A stretch of DNA of 63,986 nt, the filler included, from Thelocarpon superellum (taxonomy: Eukaryota), in NCBI GenBank assembly GCA_026025795.1. It is 10 parts of 10 records of this genome, joined end to end, with 100 filler letters (N's around TTAATTAATTAA, not from the genome) between each part and the next. Parts side by side here need not be neighbours in the genome. Positions count along the whole stretch, not along the records: positions 6,473 to 12,833 come from JAPEUG010000678.1; positions 12,934 to 19,286 come from JAPEUG010000679.1; positions 19,387 to 25,733 come from JAPEUG010000680.1; 7 more parts are not named here. The stretch is one strand, 5' to 3'. Under the pieces are notes generated by a model. That model saw only the letters and a list, made by a program, of their open reading frames with translations, searched no databases and had not been told where the DNA came from. A program made the translations under genes and the position numbers. This document shows positions 11,401 to 24,160 of the stretch, piece after piece (within the stretch, counting starts at the first letter, position 1; each line of letters starts with the position of its first letter).

Positions 11401-12833
11401 CTGCCTGATGGACCGAGACGGGCTCACCTTGAACTGCGTGCGCGATACCCAGGTCAGGCGTGTCGTTCGCCGAGCCACCTGCACCCCCAAGGCGTCGCGC
11501 GACCCGGGGGATGGCGTGCTGAGGTGAGCCGGTGGTTCCAGCTCTCGTCGCGCCGGAATCCTTTGCCACCCGGGCGACGTCTCCGCCGGAATCCGGCCCA
11601 CTACATGCTTCCGAGTCACTCCGCTCGGCCACGACGACCCGAGACGCCGTTCGCTGGGGCATGGGGGGGTTCGAGGCTTCCGGCACAAATGGCAACGGCT
11701 GTAGCGAGCAAACCAGTCGGGCGTCGACCCCGACGGCGCGTAGCAAGGCGCAGAATAACTGAGCGCCGATATCTCTCGATGCCTCTAACTTCCGGATGAC
11801 TTTTCGAAAGTCTTTCTTCTCCAACGGTGGATCAATATCCTTGGGTAGCTGGAACTAAAATCATCCAGGTCAGACGAGTCGTATCAGCATAGACCATGTA
11901 CATACCTGCTCCAACTCATCCACCCAAGATGCTTTCCGTACACCTCTTGCCGTGATGCGAAAATGCTTCTGCCACACCTCACTCGCCTGCTCCAAGCCAT
12001 CCATGAAAGATCTTGATCGCTGAAATTGAGACAAACTGGACTTGGGATTGAGGTATGAGACGTTGCGGTCCGTAAGGAGAGGAGCTAGGGCCGTCTTCCA
12101 GGGGCCAAGTTGTCAATTGGGTTCAAGAGGGTGGAGAGTGGAGAATGGAGAATGGAGAATGGAACAGGAGATCACACCTGAATGACTTGATCGTTGCACC
12201 ATGAGTTTCGTAGATTGACATGAGCGAACCAGCAGAGCAAATGCATCTTGTGAAGGTCGAGGCGTCGTTTTCGTTCCGGGGCCGTCAATGGCTTGCGTCG
12301 AAGAACGGAGGGAGAGCTCTTTCGGAGAGAGTGACTTGGATCGAGGACGAGCTGCAGGTTCTGAACCTCATCATGATCCTCACCCTGCTCCGCCTCATGG
12401 TCCGAAGCGGAAGTGGCATGGTCCTCTGCCGGTGCGAGACCAACTTCTTCCCAGTCGACGTCGCTTCCTTCGGAGTCAGAATCAGAATCAGAGTCAGAGT
12501 CGGACAGATCTATCACTGGGCGAACAGCCACTGATTGAGCTTCGGCTGCTGTTTCCACAGTGGCATCCACGGCGGCGGGGGAGGCAGTCTGAACATCATC
12601 GGGCCCGGCTGTGTCCTGAACCTTCTTTGACTGCAGCCGGGTAGCTCTCTTTCGTTTTGGAGGCCGTTCGTCCTCGCCACTCAGCGTCGGGTTCGAGCGG
12701 GTGGCCTCTTGAAGCATCTCATCGTAGACATTGGCATTGGGAATCGAGTCGTCTCCGCCGGCGCCGGCTCTCCGCCGCTTGCTCCTCGAAGAAGCCGCTC
12801 TGCCCGCCATGACCAAGAATGCCACATCGTCTG
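8474..12833 (-). CDS. RAD4: DNA repair protein Rad4/XPC, multi-exon, 5' end at or near the contig edge
   Basis: RRLDLHKMHLLC, SRDIGAQLFCALLRAVG, YPIYWVEV, WIPVDP, ARDVTRRY, FKDHPIYALERHLRRHE, VPRNVYGNLDVYVPSMVP, IDYADAVTGFEFKG, ALRLWRRF; acidic end HDPEDDDAEPEWLASD*. Canonical GT-AG introns keep the frame. Confidence 0.93.
8587..8684 (-). repeat. Coding 12-nt tandem repeat, 8 copies, encoding (D/E/K)EAN in the Rad4 tail
   Basis: GTTGGCCT core recurs every 12 nt from 8591 to 8675 on the + strand. Confidence 0.9.
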
Positions 12834-12933
12834 NNNNNNNNNNNNNNNNNNNNNNNNNNNNNNNNNNNNNNNNNNNNTTAATTAATTAANNNNNNNNNNN
12901 NNNNNNNNNNNNNNNNNNNNNNNNNNNNNNNNN
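12834..12933. other. Artificial contig spacer
   Basis: N44-TTAATTAATTAA-N44. Confidence 0.99.
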
Positions 12934-14676
12934 AAGAAGAAGAAGAAGAAGAAGAAGAGAAAACGACACACCCTTCCATCGCATCAGGATCCATTGTTTG
13001 GAGATGTGTTCGGATAGCCATCGCTTCGACACGAGATGCTCGGCGATACGACCCTCGTCAGAATCACGGAACGGCATCAATTTCCGCCAATAGGTACCAT
13101 CGACTCGAGAAGTGGATCGGAAGCTCTTCGTTTCCAGCGTGTAGGTGTTCAGGTCGATGATCTCGCCCTCCAAGTAGGTGGTGATGCTGCTCTTTCCGTC
13201 CGGGGAGGTCCGGTCGGGGACGTCAAAGGCCTCCATCTCGCCCGAGAGTTGCATCGTGTCGTAGTCGACCGATTGGATGGTCACTTTGACTGGCCATCGG
13301 TCGTCTCGTCCCATGTCCTCGCCCTCCTCCGCGGGCGCTAGACGATCCGCCGATGGCCGTGCGCTCGAGATTGTTGGGAGCGTGTCGGGATGAGGACCGT
13401 AGTGCGCCCCCAGCGGCGACAGCACCGACTCCAGCACTGGCGTGGACGAGAGACGGCGCGTGATGGTGTTGGGACCGCCCGAGGCGTGCTGCGACCCTTC
13501 AAACACGGCGCCCACGCGCAGCCATGACGTCTCGGGTGGTGGCTCGATACTCCTCGTCTCCAAGGTGAAGTCTTGCCGGTCTTTGGTGTGGATGACCTCA
13601 CGCGGGACGAAGCGTGCCGCCAGCATGAGCCCCTCTTCCTCGGAGTTGCAAAACCGGAGCCGTTCCAGGTATTTGATGGCGTCCTCAAAGGGACCGCCAC
13701 CGCCCGACGGACTGCCCGATCGACCGCCTGGTGGCGCACTCGAGGGATTCTGCAGGTACCGCTGGCGCTGGTCGTCGATGGTCGCGCGGAGATCGCTGGG
13801 CGTGATTCGTGGCCGGCGCTCGCTCGGGTTGACCATGCTGGGGGGTCGGACCAGGCGCGAGGACGACCTCGAGGATTCCGTCTCTTCGTGGGTTAGGCTC
13901 AGGCCTGGGTTCAGACCCGGTCGTCCCGGGCCATCGATAAGGTTCATCAAGTCGTATCGTGCGTGGACACCGTGAGAGCCGCGCGGGTGACGGCGCAAGG
14001 CTTGTGCGAGCGCCAGGTTTCGGAGCTCGGGTGCCTGCGAGGGACGACTCAACTCCGGGATCCGGGACGAGGACGACAGCGGCCGCCGCCGAGATGACGT
14101 CGAGGAATTGACGTCGTCGGCGGGCGGGAGCCAATCAGCCGAATCTTCTTCGCTCACATCCTCCTCGCTGGCCGGCGCCCAGTCGTACAAGGACTGCCGT
14201 TGTGGCACGCGATGTCCGTAGGATCTCTGACCCAGGTCCGGCAGCGCCGCGGCACGACGGTAGTCTTCGCTGCTCAGGCGCTCCGGAGGGCCGTGGGTCC
14301 GGGCCAGTCGCTCTCGCCGCATCCGCTCCGTTGCGCGGGCCAATCGCAGCGTGTTCCGTCGTCGCGCGTTGACATCGGCATCCGTCTCCTCCAGGATGGG
14401 CGGGTGAAAGCGTGGCGAATCGCTCGAGCCTTCCTCCGCCGCCGTCGTGAGCGTCGCCGCGAGATCAGGCACCGGCGTGTCCAGCTCGTGGAGTTGGGGG
14501 AGGTAGGACTCTCGCACTGCAGATGCCACAACCGATGCGTCCTGCAGCGGCCGTCAGTGAGGTGACAGGTCAATGTGATGGCGCCTCGGGACTTCGGGCT
14601 TCGGGCCTTCCGGGCTCGGGCGAACGGGAGCCTGCAATGCTCACTCACGACTTACCGGAGAGTTGGCGGGAGGCAT
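12934..14676 (-). CDS. Gid4/Vid24-family (vacuolar import and degradation) protein with a long N-terminal extension, 3'-truncated
   Basis: SWLRVGAVFEGSQ, WPVKVTIQSVD, LSGEMEAFDVPD, ITTYLEGEIID, YWRKLMPF, WILMRWK. First exon MPPANSP|GTAAGT (14676-14656) joins in frame at 14541. Confidence 0.82.
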
Positions 14677-17600
14677 CGAGATCACGGCGGCGCGGCGGCG
14701 TGCAAGCGGCTGCAATGCCAGAGGTCGACTGACCGATGCTCATTCAAGGCCGCGGAGCCAGAGGCGGAAGGGACGGCTGAGGGGGGAGGTGAGGATGCTG
14801 TCGCTTGTGCACGCCGTCGCCGATGGATGTCACCAAGTTGCGCCGTGCGTGGTCCACAGTCTGCGGCGCACAAGGGCGCAGTCGAGGTGTCACATCCGCC
14901 TAGGCACGGTAGGCACGGTAGGCACCCTACAAGTACGAGTATCGTGGGCGATCCTCCGTAGGCTATCGTCGGTAGTTTAGGGTGGCGCTGGGGCTGGCGT
15001 CTCCGCTCGACCTGGCCTCACGGATAACACACGGTTGGGCCTCCTCCGTGCAAACACAGAGTAACATACTCATTCTGATACGAAGTACGAAGTACATATG
15101 ATACATGCACTCGCTACCGAGTACGGGGAGGCAGCGACGATGCACCCGTACGGAGGCCTTCGTACTGTCGATGCGTCCGGGGATGGCATAGACAGATAGG
15201 ACCCTTACCCGTACCTGCACCGCACAAGCCCAGTCTCTTCCCACAGGTGATGTGCAGGTGTTGTGGGGATAAACTTGCTATACTTAGGACTCCCAGGCAC
15301 GGCACTCGGCAATGGTAACGGTAACGGTCACGCTTCCCGAGGACTTGCTTGCATCGACTTGCTCGCCTCGTCGGCCGGAAGCCTTTCCCACAGCGTGGCG
15401 CTGCCGCCACCGCCCAACTGCCCGATTGCCCCCTTCCACGGCCCACTGTTCCAGTTGGCGCTGCGTCTGCTCTGGGCTGTTTGCCGCCGATGCAGTGGTC
15501 GTTGTCGCCAACAATTCAGCCTCCAGAGCCACTGGCCCAAGCTACACGCAGACCAGGTGTCGAAGCATCGGTGATGGGTCCATGACGGATCCCCGGGGTC
15601 TAGTGACCGGGGCAGGCGATCAGTCATTCCGCAGCGTTCGACGCACCTTCGTTGTATATGATGTAGGATGCGGTGAGAGGCCATAGCCAGTGCAGTTATG
15701 TACGTGCCAACGACCGGTCCGGGACGAAGATAGGCGGGAGAACCTGCTCTAGTGACGCTGCCACTCGACGAATGTGGCTTCGGTCGACGATCGTCAGGAG
15801 TCGGTCGCGGCTGCACAGAGTGGCCCGACGTCCCTAGAATCTCCCGCATCGAGGCCGCGTTGCTGCCAGCCTGCTGGTAGCGTCATACGACCTGTCCGGA
15901 AGACTGGAGACGACTTCCTTGTCCTACGCTGCATCACAGTGACGGACTGGGCCTGACGATCCGATCGTCTCCACAGTGAGCGGAGCGATCGGGCCCAGCA
16001 CGGGTTCGAAGATTGTCTGGGCGAGCTACGATGAGCCACGCCGAGCTACGAATGCGCTGCGCGACGCGGACCGTTGAACGGCAGGGTGGAGGGAGGTTCT
16101 GGCTCGAGGCCGAGGAAGATCGAGATGGGCGGACCCCCGTCGCACTCGTCTAATCGCTTGCCACAGGTCCCGAAGATGCTCCGCGCACGTTGCTCCCAAA
16201 CGCTGAAATGGCGGCGATCCGAAGGACTGCGACAACAAAGTTCAGCCAGCTCGGAGCCCTCGGCAAGACGAGGCATGATGAAGATACCGGTGTGATGGAT
16301 CAGATCTGCGGTTAGGAACGGTTACGCCCACGGTACTTTGTAAGTTATTGATCATGGAACTTTGTACTCCAACGTCCGCTTTCGTACCAGGACCAGTCCG
16401 AGTACGCGGAAGCAAGGACGAGGGCCGCTGCGAGCCTGCCGGTAGCCTTGCAATTTCCGCTGGACTGGCACGCCGTCGCTGCACGGGGCCGCTGACAAAC
16501 GACGCCGGGGGTCGTAATTCCGGCGCCGTAGGTCGTGGGTCGAAGGTCGATCCGTCTTTCTCACGATGCGATCCCAGGGGTGGCGCGGTCGGTGGCCGGT
16601 AGAAATGCGAGGGCCCCCTTCGCGACGCTCCTAACCGCGGAGAACGCTGGGAGGAGCGGCGTCAGATCCGGGTCCTGCATCTCAAAACCCACCGGCGGTC
16701 GTTGCAGCTGCATGAAAAGCTGCAAGCTGCAGACGTAGCTTGCATCGGCCTGTGCATCTGCAGCTGCATCCTGGCAGGAAACGGCGGGGCGACATTGCAC
16801 CCGAGCGATCGTAGGACCTCGTCGTGCTCCGGCGCTCGGCGTCCCTCTCCGGACCGCAGCGCGCCGTACTCCTACGTGTGAGGATGCCATCGGCCCGGTA
16901 CTTGTACTCCTACGAGGGCCCGGGGCTCCGTACGTCGGCGTGACGACGTCCCATCGGGCCCAGCGCGCGCGCCCACGACCACCTAGCTCGGCAATATAGC
17001 GTCACCACCCGCTAAGGGCGCAACAATACCGCCTCCCGACATCGCCATGGCGCCAGCCGGCTACGACGCGAGGGCCGGTGAGTCTAATTAACGATCCCTG
17101 GAAGCCCTGGGCGGTGCGTGACGGCTGCCGGCACTTGGACACCTAGGCACTTGGATGGTAGAGGGGCGGGCGCGAGCGCGGGCGCCGGCGTCGCCCATCA
17201 TCCAGCCCAACCTTTTGATCGCAACCGCTTCCCCGCCCTGCTGGACCGGCCCAAAAGTGTGTGCTGCGTGGGTGCGAGAGCGTCCTCGGCGTGAACCGTG
17301 TGCACGGGAATGGCCTGGCCGGGCATCGTACCAAGTAGCGGAGTCTCCCGTCGGGCCTCCCTCCCTCCCTCCCTCTGTCCCTGCTCGCTGTTGCGATCCG
17401 TCATTCTCTCTCGCGCTCGTGTACAATGGATACCCAGGTGCAAATGCCCCATTGCGCGTGCAGCCGGTGCCCTCTCCACCTCACAACATGACCATCGCCG
17501 CCGCCGTCCTTCGGCCCTATTAATACCCGCCCGCGCACCTGCTCCCTTGACACTGGAAAAGGGAAATTTCCAGCCCCTCTGCCCCTTCGACGCCCTGTCT

Positions 17601-17696
17601 CCCACCGTGCCTACCGTGACCGTGCCCGTGCCCGTGCCCGTGCCCGCGCTCGACCGTGCCCCGCGTGCCTTTGGCCGGTGACCTCCGCAATCGGCC

Positions 17697-19092
17697 ATGA
17701 CCAAGATCACGAGCATCGAGTACTTTCGCGTCCTGCCGCGCTGGCTCTTTGTCAAGGTGTGCGACGACACCGGCCATTCTGGCTGGGGCGAGTCCACGCT
17801 CGAAGGACACACCGAGGCCGTGGAGGGCACCCTCGACGCCCTGATTCGGCGCTTCGTGGGCTACGAGGCCGAGTAGGTCTCGCCGGCTCTCGCCGTCGCG
17901 CGCACTGCTGCCCTACCGCCGTGCTGACGTGCCGCCCAGCGATATCGAACACATCTGGCAGACGGCATGGCGATTGGGTTTCTACCGCGGTGGGCCCGTC
18001 TTCATGTCGGCCATCTCCGGCATCGACATTGCCCTGTGGGATATGAAAGGTTGGTCGACTCCTGGCGACGTGACCGGCAGCCCGACCCGCTTGACATCTG
18101 GTGTGACCTCGTCGGGAGGCGGTGCACCTCGTCCCGAACAAGATCCAGCGCGCGGACTGACGGAGACCAGCTCGCAAGCTCGGCGTGCCCGTCTATCAAT
18201 TATTGGGGGGAAAGGTGCGGAGTAAGATAAAGGTCTACGCCTGGATTGGAGGAGACCGACCCTCGGACGTCGAGACGGCCGCGTAGGTATTCCTCCCTCC
18301 AACGCTGCCTACGAGACGCTGAGTCGGTGGTGCGCCAGGAAACTCCGCATCGCGCAAGGCTTCAAGACGATCAAGATGAATGCAACCGAGGACGTGGACT
18401 GGCTCGACTCCCCGAGCGCGCTCGCCTCGTCCGTGGAGCGGATCAAGCTGGTCAAGGGCCTGGGATTGGATGCGGCCCTGGATTTCCACGGCCGGCTGCA
18501 CAAGCCCATGTCGAAGCAACTGGCCAAGGCCGTGGAGCCCTATCAACCACTCTTCATCGAGGAGCCCTTGCTCTCGGAGCATCCCGAGGGCATCCTCCAA
18601 CTCTCCCATCTGACCACCTGCCCCATCGCCCTCGGCGAGCGCCTGTACAGCCGGTGGGACGTCAAGCGCTTCCTGCAGGATGCCTCCATCGACGTGCTCC
18701 AACCCGACATCTCGCACGTCGGCGGCATCTCGGAAATCAAGAAGGTGGCGTCCATGGCCGAGGCCTTTGACGTCGCCATCGCCCCTCACTGTCCGCTGGG
18801 GCCCATCGCGCTCGCGGCGTCGATGCAGGTGGCCGTGTCGACGCCCAACTTCGTGATCCAGGAGATGTCGCAGGGCATCCACTACAACACCGAGGCGGGC
18901 GAGCACGACCTCACCAGCTATCTCAAGGACGGCAGCGTCTTTGACGTCAAAGACGGCTTCGTCGCCGCCCTGACCGGCGTCGGGCTGGGCATCGAGGTCG
19001 ACGAGGAGGAAGTGCGCAAGGTGGCCCAGACGGCGCAACCGTGGGAACCGAAGCAATTTCACGGTCTCGACGGCAGCATCCGCGAATGGTAA
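17697..19092 (+). CDS. dgoD: D-galactonate dehydratase-like enzyme (mandelate racemase/enolase superfamily), 3 introns
   Basis: [20 protein letters not shown]...[10 protein letters not shown]...[21 protein letters not shown]...YQLLGG...KMNATE...DFHGR...FIEEP...LGERLY...APHCPLGP...[10 protein letters not shown]...DGSIREW*. Confidence 0.9.
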
Positions 19093-19286
19093 TGTTGACC
19101 GTGAGAGGCGATGTCGGGGCACGCCGTCCGCGCCGCCTGGAGTGCTGGCGAGGGGTAGAAGGCGGTGAAGGTTGGGGCGTGGCGCGCCTAGCCGACCCGA
19201 CCGCGTCCCGACTCGACCCCGGCTGCGCGACTGCCCGACTAACAACCTCTGAGTCGACGACCTGACGGCATCATCCTCGCCCATCG

Positions 19287-19386
19287 NNNNNNNNNNNNNN
19301 NNNNNNNNNNNNNNNNNNNNNNNNNNNNNNTTAATTAATTAANNNNNNNNNNNNNNNNNNNNNNNNNNNNNNNNNNNNNNNNNNNN
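19287..19386. other. Artificial contig spacer
   Basis: N44-TTAATTAATTAA-N44. Confidence 0.99.
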
Positions 19387-22369
19387 TGACAAGAAGCACA
19401 AGCAAAAGGCCCACACGAGCGAGCCAGAACAGCGATACCCGTGGCTCGCCGACGTGAGAGACGCAGACAGGAACCCCCCGGGCCATGCTGACTACGACCC
19501 GCGCACCGTGTACATCCCACCCCTGGCATTTGACCGCTTCTCACCCTTTGAGAAGCAGTACTGGGAGATCAAGCGGAAATACTGGGACACCATCGTCTTC
19601 TTCAAGAAGGGCAAGTTCTATGAGCTGTACGAGCATGATGCCACCATCGGCCACCAGCTCTTCGATCTCAAGCTGACCGATCGCGTCAACATGCGCATGG
19701 TCGGCGTCCCCGAGATGTCGCTTGACCACTGGGCCAATCAGTTCGTCGCCAAGGGCTACAAGATCGCCCGCGTCGACCAGTGCGAGTCGGCGCTGGGCAA
19801 AGAGATGCGCGAGCGCGACGTGAACACGGGCGCCAAGCCGGCCAAGGAGGACAAGGTCATCCGACGGGAGTTGGCCCAAGTCCTCACCGCAGGGACGCTG
19901 GTGGAGGGCGGGATGCTCCAGGACGACATGTCCACCTACTGTGTCGCCATCAAAGAGGATCTCGTGGAGGGCCTTCCGGCCTTTGGGATCTGCTTCGTCG
20001 ACACTGCCACGGCGCAGTTCAGTCTCACGGAGTTCGTGGATGACGTCGACATGACCAAGTTCGAGACGTTTGTGGCCCAGAACCGGCCCCAGGAGCTTCT
20101 GCTGGAGAAGGTAGAACATCTTCCTGATCATCGACCGACAAAGGCTGACCATGACTAGTCTGCCATCTCCGTGAAAGCCTTGCGCATCTTGAAGAACAAC
20201 ACGGGATCGACGACCATTTGGAACTACTTGAAGCCGGGCAAGGAGTTCTGGACGGCCAACATCACTTGTCGCGAGATCGACGCCAGTGGATACTTTGTCT
20301 CGGAGGAGCATGACAACCTCGAGGCGTGGCCGACCGTCCTGCGGGAATCGCGGGAGAAGGAGCTGGTCATGTCGGCGTTCGGGGCGCTGGTGCAATATCT
20401 GCGCACGCTCAAGATTGAGCGAGAGCTGGTGACGCTGGGAAACTTCACGTGGTATGATCCGATCCGCAAGGCGACGACGCTGGTGCTCGACGGACAGACC
20501 TTGATCAACCTTGAGATCTTTGCCAACACCTTTGATGGAAGTGCCACCGGCACGCTCCTTGCCCTGCTGAACCGATGCATCACACCATTTGGAAAACGAA
20601 CGTTCCGCCAATGGGTCTGCCATCCGTTGGCGGATGCGGCCAAGATCAACGCGCGGCTCGATGCGGTGGAGGCGTTGAATGCCGACACGACGATCCGCGA
20701 TCGCTTCACGTCGCAGCTGACGAAGCTCCCGGACCTCGAACGGCTCATCTCGCGCATCCACGCCGGCAGCTGCCGTCCCCAAGACTTTGTCCGCGTGCTC
20801 GAAGGCTTCGAGCAGATCGAGTACACCGTGAGCTTGCTCAAAGCCGCCGGCGGTGGCGAAGGCGTCATTGGCCAATTGGTCGCGGCCATGCCGAATCTGT
20901 CCGAGGTCCTGACTCCCTGGACGACGGCGTTCGACCGCACCAAGGCGCGACAGAACGACCTCTTGGTGCCGGAGCGTGGGGTCGAGGAGGACTTTGACGA
21001 GAGCCAAGATCGGATCGAGCAGGTCCTGGCGGATCTCGAGAGCCTCTTGAAGAAATACCGACGTGAGCTGGGGTCGACGGCCATCATCTACCGCGACAAC
21101 GGCAAGGAGATCTATCAGCTCGAGGTGCCCGTCAAGGTCAAGGGGATCCCTAAGAACTGGGATCAGATGTCCGCGACGCAAAAGGCGAAACGCTACTACA
21201 GCCCGGAGCTTCGGAGTCTGGTGCGTCAGCTGCAAGAGGCGCAAGAGACACACGGTCAGATCGTCAAGGAAGTGGCGGGCCGCTTCTTCGCCCGCTTCGA
21301 CCGTGACTATGCCACATGGCTTGCCACGGTGAAGATCATCGCGCAGCTCGATTGCTTGATCAGCCTTGCCCTGGCTTCGAGTTCCCTCGGCGAACCCAGC
21401 TGCCGACCGGAGTTTGTGGACGCGCAGCGAAGCGTGGTGGAGTTTGGAGAGCTCCGGCATCCGTGCATGCTACCGACCGTGTCCGACTTCATCCCCAACG
21501 ACGTCATGCTGGGCGGTGATGCGGCCAAAATCAACCTCTTGACGGGCGCCAACGCGGCTGGCAAGTCCACCATCCTCCGCATGGTCAGTGTCCCTTCTTC
21601 CCTCCCCGAGGAAGGGGGCTTGATACTGACACCTCATAGACGTGTATCGCAGTCATCATGGCCCAGCTGGGATGCTATGTCCCATGTCGTCAGGCTCGAC
21701 TGACCCCAGTCGACCGCATCATGTCGAGGCTCGGGGCCAACGACAACATCTTCGCTGCCCAAAGCACCTTCTTCGTCGAGTTGTCCGAGACGAAGAAGAT
21801 CTTGTCGGAGGCGACGCCTCGCTCGCTGGTGATCTTGGACGAACTAGGCCGTGGCACGAGCTCCTACGATGGGTATGTCTGCGTCTGCCACACGGGTATT
21901 CCGATGCTAATTCCGCGGTGCCAGTGTCGCCGTCGCGCAAGCAGTACTTCACCACGTGGCAACTCACGTCGGCTGCACCGGGTTCTTTGCGACGCACTAC
22001 CACTCGCTAGCCGCCGAGTTTGCCGGCCATCCGGAGATTGTTGCCAAACGGATGCAGATCCACGTCGACGACGACAACCGACGCGTGACCTTCCTCTACC
22101 GACTGGAGGACGGGGTAGCCGAGGGCTCATTCGGGATGCACTGCGCCGCCATGTGCGGCATCCCGTCCAAGGTGATCGACCGCGCCGAGGTGGCCGCACA
22201 AGACTGGGAGCACACGGGCCGGATCAAGGAGAGCCTGGAGAAGGCCAAGAGCGGGTGTTATATCCCGTTGGGGATCCAGAGCGATGTGGCCTGGGCCATG
22301 CGTGGGCCGCTCCAGGACGTGGACGAGGCCGGGCTGCAGGTTCTACTGAAGGCGATTGACGCCATTTAG
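19387..22369 (+). CDS. MSH6: DNA mismatch repair protein MSH6, 5'-truncated, 3 introns
   Basis: [30 protein letters not shown] (Phe-X-Glu mismatch motif), [17 protein letters not shown] (Walker A), [35 protein letters not shown]; stop at 22367-22369. Confidence 0.96.
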
Positions 22370-22490
22370 GCGCCACTTTGTACCCAAGGAAGAGCCGGCC
22401 GCGGATCACGAGATAGAGAGCTAGCGAGACAGATTGTCAGCGCAGTGGAGGCCTTTTCAACGAGGGAGCTTCTACTAGAGACGTGAGGGA

Positions 22491-23587
22491 CTATGGAGAC
22501 TCCCGAATCTTTCCACACAGCACCTCCCATATCCCCTTTTCCCGCGCCCCGACGCCGCTGTTCCCCTCGACGTAGAAGTAGCGTGTATCCCTACCACTAC
22601 CGCCTCCACCTACTCTCCACCACGCACGCGTGCGCGTAGGACGATCACGCAGACCAGGCCGCACCCAGACAAGATTCGCGACCGCGAAGCTCCTCCGCGC
22701 CTTCTCTGCCGCCCCGCTCTTATCCGCGCCACCCCATCGACGCCTCAGCTCCGGCAGCCGCAGGCGCACGACGCGCGATCGGCCCGTGGCGCGCATGGTA
22801 GTGAAGTCGAGCTCGGTGGCGGCAGAGGCTGTGCCCGATGCGGGATCTAACGTCCGTACGTACCGCAGGAGGGCCGTGTGGGAGCGTCGTGCGAAAATGG
22901 GCAGGCGCAGGTGGATGTAGGTCACGAAGGGCGAGGTGATGCGTGTGATCAGTAGCAAGGGAATCAGCCCGACGGCGGGTGCTGTGCTTGTTAGCACCAT
23001 GCTGCGGAATGAAGCCCGGAGTGTTGGTGGGGTGGTAGACAAGCAGGAGAATAGAACGGAGGGATGCACGGTAGGCACAAACGGTAAGGAGAAGCGAGTG
23101 ATGTATGAATGGATGGACGGAGGAACGAATGGAGAGCCCAGATGATACGGGCCGTGAACAAAGACTGGAAGACGAAGGAGTCGGGACCTACCCAGTCCCG
23201 CCATCCATCTCAACCGGCCCTTGGCTTGATAGTACGACGGCGCCAGCACCAGACACGAGAAGCCAAAGAGGAAAATGGTGGTGAGTTTCAAGCAGCCCAG
23301 AAAGACAATCTTGCCCGTGCCGGCATGGTAGATTAAGAGACGCTCAGGGTAGACTGGGCGTGAATATTAGAAACACAGTCGACCCCTGGACAACGGTTGG
23401 GAGTGGGGAGAAGAGACGTGCCTGAGTTAATAGACGCGGGGAGCCTACTCTGCATGCGAAGATCCAGGCGCGCGATGCGAGGAGGGAGGCGCCGAAGGCT
23501 CGGACATGGTCTGCAAGTGCCAAGATTGGAAGTGAATGGGGATTTGGAGAAAGAGCGCCATGGGATGTGTCTCGGAAATGACTGCAT
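22491..23587 (-). CDS. Hypothetical membrane protein, possibly mitochondrial
   Basis: Basic Ser/Arg-rich N-terminus, intron acceptor at 23354, then YPERLLIYHAGTGKIVFLGCLKLTTIFLFG with hydrophobic segments and PFVTYIHLRLPIFARRS. A second intron is likely around 22980-23190. Confidence 0.6.
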
Positions 23588-24160
23588 GGTGGGACTGATG
23601 TAGTTTGGTCATTTGGTCGGAGATGTACGAATTCGTCTAGGTGCCCCCTTGTTAAGGTCGCGGGCTCGAATGTCCGAAGCTTCAGCCGGGAAGCTTGGAT
23701 CGCGAATATACGGAGCACTCGAACGAGTAGGGAGAGCTTTCGAGTTGGATTTGCCGCGCGCCTGACGAAGTGGCGCGGCACTTGGCCGATTAGCCGACGT
23801 CTGACAGCTGCGGACCAGGGAGCTAATCCGGTTCGGATCTCGAGTTGGCGGGGAGCCCTCCAGCTCTCCAAACGGCGGAGCATGGCAAGGCTCGGAGCAC
23901 TTGAGGATCCCCGTGACCGTTGACAACCACTTCTCTGCGCTAAGTGTTGCAGCGGATTATAGTACGAGCTGCTCGCAGCAGCCGCAACAAACATGGCATG
24001 TGTCACCCCCATGATCGCCGACGAGTGCTCCCACCTGGCCCCCGGGGCGCAGCAGGTGTATGCCTCCTCCGTTGCGAGAGGGAGCCCCAATTCTTTCTGC
24101 ATCCACACTGACTCACGCTGCAGGATCCCGTTTGGCGCATCGGCCCCTTTCATACCTTAA

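Noticed and set aside
14940..17000. Frequent GTAC/CGTAC words between the Gid4-like and dgoD genes
   Set aside because: No regular spacing or longer consensus; cannot be distinguished from low-complexity promoter DNA by eye
19541..21460. 639-aa antisense ORF opposite MSH6 (similarly 18235-19284 opposite dgoD)
   Set aside because: Shadow ORFs expected from GC3-rich codon usage; no recognisable motifs
8474..22369. DNA-repair cluster (RAD4 with MSH6)
   Set aside because: Different contigs
23354..23421. GC-AG intron (GCACGT donor) in the hypothetical membrane protein gene
   Set aside because: An upstream GTAGGC donor gives the same phase, so the GC donor is not required
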